From Anaerovoracaceae bacterium (GTDB lineage Bacteria > Bacillota > Clostridia > Peptostreptococcales > Anaerovoracaceae), in contig JAWRIG010000024.1 of assembly GCA_040308005.1 (NCBI GenBank), positions 1,429 through 65,428 on the forward strand: a stretch of DNA of 64,000 nucleotides, in the 5' to 3' direction. Below are positions 43,101-49,667 of the stretch, piece by piece. Every line of letters starts with the position of its first letter. The first letter of the stretch is position 1. The notes under the pieces are model-generated. The model saw only the letters and a list, made by a program, of their open reading frames with translations, searched no databases and had not been told where the DNA came from. The translations under genes were made by a program, and so were the position numbers.

Positions 43101-45129
43101 CAAAGACAAGACTGTTAAGGTGACAAACACTGTTGCCAGCGGTTCATTAAAGGTTAAAAAGGTTGTCACTCTAAATGATGGACCTAACGGTACCAGCACA
43201 TTAACTGACGGAACATATACTTTCCATATCGCTGCAAGTGGTGCTGAAACTACTCCGCTTCATACTGTAACAATTAAGTATGCAGGTGGAACAGTTACTG
43301 AAGCTAAACTTGATGGAAATGATATTTCTCCAGACGATGCAGGTTACTATGAAGTAAGTGGGCTGGCAGCTGGTGATTATGTAATCTCTGAGGATGCTAC
43401 AACTAATGGCACCATCCTCAAATCAATCGATGGCGGTAAATCCAAAGATGTTAATAATAGAAAAGTAACCGTTACAGTTGAAGAAGGTAAATCAGGATCT
43501 ACTGTAGCAGATACAGGCAAAGCCGTATTTACCAATGATATGGCTACTGTAAAGGCTAAGGTTCTGAAAGTATGGGACGATCATAATAACACGGGAACCC
43601 CTGCTAGCTTAACAGTAACATTATCTAATGGACATACTGAAGTTTTGACTGCTGAAAATAATTGGACAGCAACAGTCGATAATCTGCCTAAATATGCACA
43701 TGATGGTACTGAACTTCAGTATGAGTGGACAGAGGGAACCATTACTGGTTATAAATTGCTTAGCAGCGAAACTGAAGTAATTGAAGAAGACGGCTTTACT
43801 ACTTACTTCACAACCCTGACAAACACTAATGAAGAACATTACAATCCTAAGACGTCATTTAGTGGAACTAAGATCTGGAATGACGATGGAAAAGATCGTC
43901 CAGATTCAATTATCGTAGTATTGTATAAGGGAGAAGGAACAAATAAGACAGAGGTAGCTAGAGAGACCATAAATGCTCCGGAATCAGGAAGCGATTCGTG
44001 GCACTATGAATTTACCAACATTCCGATCTTTGATGAAAATGGTAATGCTATTGTTTACAGTGTAGAAGAGATTCTTCCGGCAGGATATGAGGACAAGTAT
44101 CTCAGTACTGTTGATACTGAAAGTCAGCAGATTCCAAGCTATGTTAGAGATCCTGACAATGATACGATTCATGTAAAAGAGGAATGTAGTGATAAAATCA
44201 TTAACACAGGTGTAAACCTTGGATTCATAGTTGTTAAGCAAGGAAATAGTTTTGTTATCTGGACACCTAGAAAAGCATCTCAAGATGAATTGGATACAAT
44301 TGCAAGTAAGGTTGCTAATCAGCACGGTGAAGTAGGTGATAATGAGTTCAGTCAGATTTTGAAGAAGGGATACAGAAATGCGTGGGGTGTTCCTCCAAGC
44401 GAACCTCTTAGCGTTCACAATAATCCAATATATTTAACAATGGATGGTGACAATGTAATTATTACCCTTACAAATTGGTCACAGCTTGCATGGGGACAAC
44501 TGGCATACAACTATACACCAGGAATAACCAATATCATCAACACGCCAATTAAGACTGATTTTGAGTTCTTCAAGGAATGGAAGGATTCTGCAACTAACAT
44601 TGCATGGCCTAAGAATGGTACAGATAATGTGAATATTGAGGTTGAGATAGGTCGTACATATAAACAAAACGGCCAGGATGTCGATGATTCCACATTCAGT
44701 CTCAAATACACAATTGGCACTAACCTCCCAACAAGTGGTTCTGCATCTATAGAGCCTGATGGAACAGCTTCTACACCACTGCTTATAGCTAATGTAGGAA
44801 CAGAAAATCCACCGACCTATGAGTTCAAAATCGAGAACCTTGATAAAATCAGGCACATAGAAGGACAGGAAGATTTAGAGTACACGTACTATGTGAAAGA
44901 GACAAGTGTTCCTGAACCTTACAAACTGTCAGGTTATAAGAAGGGTGAGATGACGGTTGATCCAACAGGAAGCATTGGTGATGGCGGTACTATAATCAAT
45001 ACATCTGATTCGTCATACGAACTTCCACACACTGGCGGTATCGGTACTACGATATTCTACATCCTCGGTTCGATCCTCGTGATCGGCGGCGGCATCTACT
45101 TCGTATCGCGCAGGCGTGTAATGAGGTAG
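37132..45129 (+). CDS. Giant LPxTG-type (LPHTGG) surface adhesin, 2665 aa, with multiple Cna-B-type repeats
   Basis: The N-terminal leader LACLVVFVTTYTLILPAFTL...QQGGIDVPG is homologous to that of the previous gene. A Glu/Thr/Ala-rich acidic region and the stalk motif FSVYAVVYTVDFEYE follow. There are many Cna-B-like modules (DKQWFDENG, VEKKWQDFEG, LEKKWTDG, VLKVWDDHNN, GTKIWNDDGKDRPDSIIVVLYK...VYSVEE) and SpaA-like GTTFQLFRG...YYLKEIDSPPGYQ. The C-terminus is LPHTGGIGTTIFYILGSILVIGGGIYFVSRRRVMR. Confidence 0.9.
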   Translation: MKLLERLDNLIKLLAEHIHNRKRAVLALACLVVFVTTYTLILPAFTLGKTTAAQQGGIDVPGVTETTTEVTEETTEEATEEVPAEETTEETAEAAETEVTEEAQAEEQPQEAAEEGKTEEPASEAVTEEKNTEKAEEPATDETDPLKFEGEKYTIAVVDNDSVLPENTSIKVKEIDKSDNADAYEQHFNDALEAVQKEKDGENVSDFEFARFYDISLVSDGNEVSLSDGDKVSVNIEYDKELRKALGVEDKNNIRIIHFAENKSTGEVTAEVLDNKDAKVEVNTDSKDQLKEASFEAESFSVYAVVYTVDFEYEDEATHEVFTYSMEGGSSITLKKLAVILGITTKAEADEFIANVEDVKFSDEKLVKVEKTDDGWTLNSLKAFDTTETLTITMKDGSEYDVKVTDATAVPETNVNIAPFITDATLDIDGKTYGAGETWKVRPDVDYKLTLTFTEKGSRQLPPGGSTLVMDLPAGLTLEPGASGTFDIPCGLAGTVTGNTWTVGSDNKLHIQLGDDPEDLITRSSNVHINLELDAKFDGTHTEFEFNDKVKREVEYDNSASASITKSGHYNASTNKMEYTLSVKSTGKTENVKITDAISGDMLSLDENSIVIVPANKTVTNKSTNAKGFELTISEMSHNETVTINYTASVDLSKVGPGGTVTAQDGTNTVTVKPGNGDGDNDTNIVNTIKYSSISKSSTGQSEVEGQKKVKLDWTIVANKGSRGSLAGSSITDKIDYNSKDVMKYESNPLSLEIKVYDQNGTFIETRTASVDVSDNQGQESWKYVIPETDKSHNYYYEISYSTIADQQKENTSVKNNAENESDGTSSGSGIVPGTNPGGGGDDPVPSIVTEKTAKKVTTDYIDWDIVINVPAEGFPDGLTVVDDVPHSGKYADSFDSILSVTGLVNNETYSFNPVSTDLDENGNVDWDLRHAGKTRDVVTIDFFQNQAKTDKGLDAQARTITITIRTLNDKDWMAYAEKRGGGDPAYYHWNNAKVNDTKIKNYGIPLNSSIEKTSDNKNSATTIEKDGVQVPVYEYSLTLTNVTDLPLVINDTFDTELMEYYGPGDPSSGHNTIAAAEQKHELNGGVDGYSATFEQTDNGLVITANDLPKKQDGSFYEYYRLYYKLNVRPDKLADLKRLAYNNGGVYKLSNDVMWDTIPGHYDIEYKVPGLTKEGYFSKAAPDRMYTFLIDVNPEKFEMNGGQPMELSDSHTDNLSVDYTSIKVYKITDGKIETNPRNYNLNDYEAVTGEVTWDFSGNTGTFTVPDNTHYLIVYNALVIGSDKQDISNVAEMKGFSSTKTDSRDFGSDSGAGGDVMQVKLLKHMEGQTSEGLEGTTFQLFRGTGEYTRNEDGSYKDEIKEPMKYGDTKYTRGEEAYDNREYSFDTHGANVVGHNITFTTNSEGWVTIALNQSVHGEMLEEGVHYYLKEIDSPPGYQIDSSVEYWEFTLTKDPDGVSYGTTRDPVTGWRQWIYFYYNDILKMSNTPTTNPLDVNVDKQWFDENGVEITDDRLNDLEATIQLMRKKNDEEYKKVKVTYGADGTPVIEEVSDESGVVTLDNSNNWEYSWNDLPRVDGNDKYAYKIEEVNVSGYVVDMTETEDETSKTYSLKNYKVPEDRTTDISVEKKWQDFEGNDLEGTEENIPEMIHYYLYQVVSSTPFTTAPKTGGSIYVIPNDDRLVDRTATDADDNYGIYYMTKGSSEPYWSTTFENLPEVVTDSSGNTLFYAYYIKEVKDNVIKDYTTTYEQNGTTRTVINREPRPEGNYIDIGLEKKWTDGTSTNPPAGASATFTVHQQKAEKEEGPSGDYEVVLYDADEKTILSQTRANLGDSVTLSCVTNSEASTNIDVYQYRPDWGDWYGYTYKDNIGGAGEISKSISITQSDVVNNKVQLKIEDSNFCNKCEQVPTLTADSTTPSYSGYEDTSFSKQIMLPINGSWSTTIDNLVQQDAEGNLYRYYITEDSSTPSSSNVTFVDENGADIKDSSGNRTVPISDKDKTVKVTNTVASGSLKVKKVVTLNDGPNGTSTLTDGTYTFHIAASGAETTPLHTVTIKYAGGTVTEAKLDGNDISPDDAGYYEVSGLAAGDYVISEDATTNGTILKSIDGGKSKDVNNRKVTVTVEEGKSGSTVADTGKAVFTNDMATVKAKVLKVWDDHNNTGTPASLTVTLSNGHTEVLTAENNWTATVDNLPKYAHDGTELQYEWTEGTITGYKLLSSETEVIEEDGFTTYFTTLTNTNEEHYNPKTSFSGTKIWNDDGKDRPDSIIVVLYKGEGTNKTEVARETINAPESGSDSWHYEFTNIPIFDENGNAIVYSVEEILPAGYEDKYLSTVDTESQQIPSYVRDPDNDTIHVKEECSDKIINTGVNLGFIVVKQGNSFVIWTPRKASQDELDTIASKVANQHGEVGDNEFSQILKKGYRNAWGVPPSEPLSVHNNPIYLTMDGDNVIITLTNWSQLAWGQLAYNYTPGITNIINTPIKTDFEFFKEWKDSATNIAWPKNGTDNVNIEVEIGRTYKQNGQDVDDSTFSLKYTIGTNLPTSGSASIEPDGTASTPLLIANVGTENPPTYEFKIENLDKIRHIEGQEDLEYTYYVKETSVPEPYKLSGYKKGEMTVDPTGSIGDGGTIINTSDSSYELPHTGGIGTTIFYILGSILVIGGGIYFVSRRRVMR

Positions 45130-45280
45130 TTGCACAACTGAATAGTTAAATGTCATAATTACAGGGGCTGCTTTTGCGGGGGTAATCAAAGTTTTCTGGG
45201 GTTTCTCCAAAGTTTTCTGGGGGCGAATCCTGGGGGCTACAGCAAAAACTCCAAAGTTTCTTGGGGGCTGAAAATTACCT

Positions 45281-45329
45281 GAAAAAAAGAACAAAATGAG
45301 GGAATCAGACCCAAAAATCTGATTCCCTC
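45281..45329 (-). terminator. Intrinsic terminator downstream of the ISL3 transposase gene (minus strand)
   Basis: GAGGGAATCAGA (45298-45309) pairs with TCTGATTCCCTC (45318-45329). On the minus strand the hairpin is followed by a T-run (the A-run at 45283-45297 on the plus strand). Confidence 0.6.
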
Positions 45330-45338
45330 GTTTTCGTT

Positions 45339-45732
45339 TCACTTATTTTTCTTCTCATAAGGCCCGCGCTTGATCCCGGTCTTCACCAGATATCTTTCGG
45401 GTGGAAGAGGCACAGATAACATCTGAGCATTTGCTCTGTTAGCAAACAGGAATCTGTTTCTCAGGTGTTCAAAGTTTCTGAATCCCCGTCCGTTACGCTT
45501 CATATCTTTAACTATGCGGTTGAGTGACTCGATAGGGCCGTTAGAGAGCCTGCTTTTATGAGTCCCGTCAGCACACATCCTTTCGATCACAATGAATGAG
45601 TTTATGATCGATTCATAGTGATAGTCCAGAACATCCGCGATCTTCCTGAACAACGAGTATCCTGAGAATCTGTAGTCGTGTATAAGTTGACGGAGATGAG
45701 GACGAGCTTTCTTCGGGTCATCTCCATACTCA
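45339..45732 (-). pseudogene. ISL3-family transposase, C-terminal fragment (separated from its N-terminal part by the IS21 insertion)
   Basis: The minus-strand frame is open from the IS21 junction: ...EYGDDPKKARPHLRQLIHDYRFSGYSLFRKIADVLDYHYESIINSF...SNGPIESLNRIVKDMKRNGRGFRNFEHLRNRFLF, which is the conserved ISL3 C-terminus. It continues the sequence that ends ...YIRFNNE at 48361. Confidence 0.8.
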
Positions 45733-45881
45733 TGAGTATTCCGGCGTAGTTTCCCGCACCTGTCCGGCGTGAGGAAATCACCGTTCCGGCAGAATGGAAA
45801 TCATCATTCCAGCCGGGAAATCGACCTCATATAATTGAATTATGCACCTATGGTGTAAATTCAATTAAGGAGGTCACAGTT

Positions 45882-47444
45882 ATGACCAAGTATCGCGAGA
45901 TCCTTCGGCTTACAGCCTTAGGGTTTTCACAGCGAGATATCTGCAGCAGCGCAGGTGTCTCGCAAAAGACCGTTTCTAAAGTTCAGAAGCGAGCCAGAGA
46001 ACTGCAACTGGCATGGCCGTTGGATGAATCCATGACAGACATCGCTCTCAGCAGGAAGTTGTTTCCCCACGAAGCTGTGCGGACCGAAAGACGTATGCCA
46101 GACTTCGAGTATGTCCGCAAAGAGCTGCAACGCAATGGTGTGACCAAGAAACTACTGTGGACAGAGTATCTTGAGGAGTGCCGTCAGACCGGCGATGAGC
46201 CTCTGATGTATTCTCAGTTCTGCCACTACATACAGCAGGATGAAGAAAAACGCCGTGCTACTATGCGTATCCCTCGCAAACCCGGTGAGCAGGTCGAGGT
46301 CGACTGGGCCGGTGATCCGGCTCAGATCATTGATCCGGATACCGGAGAAATCACCAAAGCATGGATCTTCATCGGTGTAATGACGTACAGCCAGTACACA
46401 TATGCTGAGGCGTTCGTCAACCAGCGTGAACCCGCGTGGATAAAAGCGCATGTGCATATGTATGAGTATTTCGGCGGTGTTGCTAAAGCTCTTGTACCGG
46501 ACAACGCCTCTACTGCAGTAGATCACAGGGAATGTGATTGGTATTCACCTAAACTTATTCGTGTCTACCGCGAAATGGCGGAACATTACAACACAGCTAT
46601 AGTTCCAGCCAGAATACGTAAACCCAGAGATAAGCCTAATGCTGAAGGCTCCGTAAATCACGCCTCAACGTGGATCACGGCGGCTCTCAGAAACGAGCAG
46701 TTCTTCTCCATTGAAGAGCTAAATCAAGCTATCAGGAAGAAGTTGAAGCTGCTCAATTCTCATCCTTTCCAGAAAAAGGAAGGCAGCAGGATCAGCTTGT
46801 TTCTTGGGGAAGAAAAGCCATTGCTGATGCCGCTGCCTGCTACCCGATTCGAACTGGCTACCTGGAAACAGGCTACAGTCCAGTTCAATTATCACATCTC
46901 AGTAGACAGGATGTTCTACTCAGTGCCCTTTCAGTATATCAGAGAAAGGGTCGATGTGCGGCTAACAGACACGACTGTTGAAATATTTTATAAAAATGAA
47001 CGTATCGCTTCACACAGACGTCTCACCGGTCGTCCAGGTCAATACGCTACTGTTCAGGCACATATGCCTAAGGAACATCAGCAGTATCTTGAGTGGGATG
47101 GTGACCGTTTCAGGCGCTGGGCAAAGGAGGTCGGCCCTAATACATATCAGGTGATCAACTCAATACTTACCTCAGGCAGGATCGAACAGCAAACCTATCG
47201 CTCTTGCATGGGCGTCATGCGTTTAGCAGACAAACACTCAAAAGCGAAACTTGAAGCTGTATGCACTAAAGCGCTTAAGTTCACTGCCTCTCCGAGCTAC
47301 AAAGGCATCAAAAACCTTTTCACTACGATGAAGCCGGAGGATTTTTCTGCTGCTGATGACTCAAAGCAAGAGTCTTCTAAGAAGAATCCTTACAGTCTCA
47401 CCAGAGGAGCTAAATACTACGGAGGTAAGAACAATGTTGACTAA
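45882..47444 (+). CDS. istA: IS21-family transposase IstA
   Basis: 520 aa. N-terminal HTH (GFSQRDICSSAGVSQKTVSK). DDE/rve core (VEVDWAGD...VPDN...KPNAEGSV). RBS AAGGAGG. Confidence 0.9.
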   Translation: MTKYREILRLTALGFSQRDICSSAGVSQKTVSKVQKRARELQLAWPLDESMTDIALSRKLFPHEAVRTERRMPDFEYVRKELQRNGVTKKLLWTEYLEECRQTGDEPLMYSQFCHYIQQDEEKRRATMRIPRKPGEQVEVDWAGDPAQIIDPDTGEITKAWIFIGVMTYSQYTYAEAFVNQREPAWIKAHVHMYEYFGGVAKALVPDNASTAVDHRECDWYSPKLIRVYREMAEHYNTAIVPARIRKPRDKPNAEGSVNHASTWITAALRNEQFFSIEELNQAIRKKLKLLNSHPFQKKEGSRISLFLGEEKPLLMPLPATRFELATWKQATVQFNYHISVDRMFYSVPFQYIRERVDVRLTDTTVEIFYKNERIASHRRLTGRPGQYATVQAHMPKEHQQYLEWDGDRFRRWAKEVGPNTYQVINSILTSGRIEQQTYRSCMGVMRLADKHSKAKLEAVCTKALKFTASPSYKGIKNLFTTMKPEDFSAADDSKQESSKKNPYSLTRGAKYYGGKNNVD

Positions 47445-48210
47445 CGCGACCATAGATAAACTCATCGAGATGAAACTCACCGCTATGGCTGATGCACTCA
47501 GGATCCAGCTGGAAGATCCTAAGATGAACGAAGTGAACTTCGAGGATCGGTTCAGTATGCTTGTGGACATCGAATACTCGAAGCGCAAGGACAACAGACT
47601 GAAGCGACTGATCAAGAAAGCTGAATTCGAGCAGCCGGATGCTACAATAGCCGGCATCAACTATGGAGCCGGCCGTAAGCTCAACCGGGACCTGATCGAT
47701 CGGCTTTCCACCTGTGAGTACATCTCTGAATATCGCAATATTTTCATTATTGGAGCTGCCGGCAGCGGCAAGACATATCTGGCCTGTGCTTTTGGTCTGG
47801 CAGCGTGTATGCATTATTACAAAGTCAGATTCGTTAGACTCCCTGATCTGCTCATAGAACTGATGCCTCTTGTAGGCACAGATGCCTTTGCTAAGGCGAT
47901 CAAGCAGTACACGAATCCACGGCTGTTGATCATCGATGAATGGCTGCTCACGCCTCTTAACGATGATGAAGCCAAGATCGTTTTCGAGGTCATTCATAAG
48001 CGGAGGAAGAAATCTTCGACCATATTCTGCTCACAGTTCCTCGATGAAGGTTGGTATGAGCGCATTGGCAGTGATGACAATCCTCTTGCTGACTCCATCA
48101 TGGATCGCATCAAGTATGATGCCTACAAGATCAAGATCCAGGCTTTGGATCCTGATCATGACAGATCCATGCGCGAAGTATATGGCCTCAGCCCGGAAGA
48201 AGCCGAGTAA
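47434..48210 (+). CDS. istB: IS21-family helper ATPase IstB
   Basis: MLTNATIDKLIEMKLTAMADAL..., Walker A GAAGSGKTYLA, Walker B LLIIDEW. The ATG at 47434 has a GGAGG RBS and overlaps the end of istA. Confidence 0.9.
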   Translation: MLTNATIDKLIEMKLTAMADALRIQLEDPKMNEVNFEDRFSMLVDIEYSKRKDNRLKRLIKKAEFEQPDATIAGINYGAGRKLNRDLIDRLSTCEYISEYRNIFIIGAAGSGKTYLACAFGLAACMHYYKVRFVRLPDLLIELMPLVGTDAFAKAIKQYTNPRLLIIDEWLLTPLNDDEAKIVFEVIHKRRKKSSTIFCSQFLDEGWYERIGSDDNPLADSIMDRIKYDAYKIKIQALDPDHDRSMREVYGLSPEEAE

Positions 48211-48360
48211 CGCAGGACTGGCGATGCATTTGCCGGGAGGTCCCTGGGACCTTTCGGCGGCTTCGCCGCCCCCAGAAATTATAAAGCGGATGATTTCCTG
48301 TCGTCGGACAGGTGATTTCCGTTTCATCGGACAGGCGCTTTCAGCGCCCCGGAATATTCA

Positions 48361-49407
48361 CTCATTATTGAATCTTATGTACTTCTCTTTTAACCTGCGA
48401 AAGTCTTTGAGATTTGGATCTATCTGAAAAAGCATATACTCCAGTTTATGTATATCTGCATAGAATCCCAGATGAAACTGATAAGATGCCGGGGCGGAAT
48501 ATTTCAGTTCAGCCTGATTCTTCAGAATGATCCATTGATAGTTCTTTACAAGCGTGTATTCTCTGGAAGGCTTGAACTTCAGACTCCTGTGGGCATCCAG
48601 TTCTCTTTCCTGGTGACGTTCAAGGTCACGATCCCTGATCTTTCTTGCAAGTGCAGACATGTACAACCGGATCTGATGATTGATGAATTTTACGACATGA
48701 AAGGAATCTACAACGGAGATAGCGTTAGGGAAATACTTCTCTACATAAGCTATATACGGCCTGTACATGTCGCTGACAAGGTATTTGACTCTGTTCCGTT
48801 CCGCTGCAGGAATAGCAGAAAAGTACGGTTCGGTGATCTCCTGACGTCTGTTCACGACCATATCTATTGGTTCACCGGTCACAAAGTCCTGAATGACAAG
48901 AGCATAATTACACAGTTTCGAAATGTCGACATGGACTTCATCAATGCAAATAGCCTCCGTGAGCTGACGGCGATGCATGTCTACGTATTTCGAGAACGTG
49001 GTCAGCGCATATGTATCTGAAACATTGAATTTCTGAGCTATGCGGGCAGCGGTCATACCTGCATCACGGAAGCCGTTGACGATCAGGATATCTGCGAGTT
49101 TAGTATTACGTTTGTACTTTTCGACGAAGCTGAACTCATCTGTGACGATGTGTCTGCAGGCAGGGTTCGTGCACTGCCATCTTCGTTGTCTGACGATGAG
49201 GACCAGCTGCAGACCGTCCTGCATGACAGGGTGATTGATCGTTCTTGGTGTGATTCCCTTGGAGTGCATCCTGTATGAGCAGACCGGACAGAAGTGTGCG
49301 CCGGGCTTTTTCTGTAGAGTCAGGATCCGCCGGCCATTCTCGACCTTCTGATCCAAAACTTCGAGCCCCTCATCTTCAAAGTTCAAAAACTCTATGATAT
49401 TATCCAT
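48361..49407 (-). pseudogene. ISL3-family transposase, N-terminal fragment (truncated by the IS21 insertion)
   Basis: MDNIIEFLNF..., the zf-ISL3 motif CPVCSYRMHSKG...RRWQCTNPAC, a DDE region with IDEVHV, and VSDMYRPYIAYVEKYFPNAISVVDSFHVVK. The frame runs into the IS21 right end and stops at 48358-48360. RBS AAAGGAG upstream of the ATG at 49407. Confidence 0.85.
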
Positions 49408-49667
49408 CGTAGATGATCTCCTTTCTATTATTGGTATTGAGCACACTAATGATAAGATCGGAGACAAAAAGAGGGCAACACTTTACGTGCTGTCCTCTTA
49501 CTTGTTTTTGTTCGTTTTTACTTTAGTCCCCCAAAGTTAGCCCCCAACTTTAGTGGCTGAAAAAGGGTGCCCCCAAAATTTATTTCATTTTTTGACTGCC
49601 CCCAGAAAACTTTGGATACCCTTTTGCGGCTCCTGTAATCTTATACTCAGAAAATGAGGTGCGCTGT

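Larger units (their letters stand above)
45733..48360 (+). mobile_element. IS21-family insertion sequence (2628 bp) with a 4-bp target-site duplication CTCA
   Basis: The ends are TGAGTATTCCGG... and ...CCGGAATATTCA (imperfect IR, canonical 5'-TG/CA-3'). The direct repeat CTCA lies at 45729-45732 and 48361-48364. Multiple subterminal GGAAATCA(C/T)C repeats are present at both ends. It carries an overlapping istA-istB pair. Confidence 0.9.
45158..49639 (-). mobile_element. ISL3-family insertion sequence (inactivated, carrying a nested IS21-family element)
   Basis: Terminal inverted repeats ATTACAGGGGCTGC (45158-) and GCGGCTCCTGTAAT (-49639). Subterminal CCAAAGTTTTCTGGGGG-like repeats occur at both ends. 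The internal ISL3 transposase gene is split in two. No clear target-site duplication is visible. Confidence 0.7.

Noticed and set aside
45130-45157. A target-site duplication for the outer ISL3-family element.
   Set aside because: The 8 bp flanking the inferred inverted repeats (ATGTCATA on the left, CTTATACT on the right) do not match. Either the ends are slightly different from my call, or the element was rearranged. I therefore claim no TSD.
47936-49234. Plus-strand ORFs 47936-48427, 48448-49020 and 49040-49234 in the IS region.
   Set aside because: They overlap istB out of frame, span the IS21/ISL3 junction, or are antisense to the ISL3 transposase fragment. None has an RBS or family signature.
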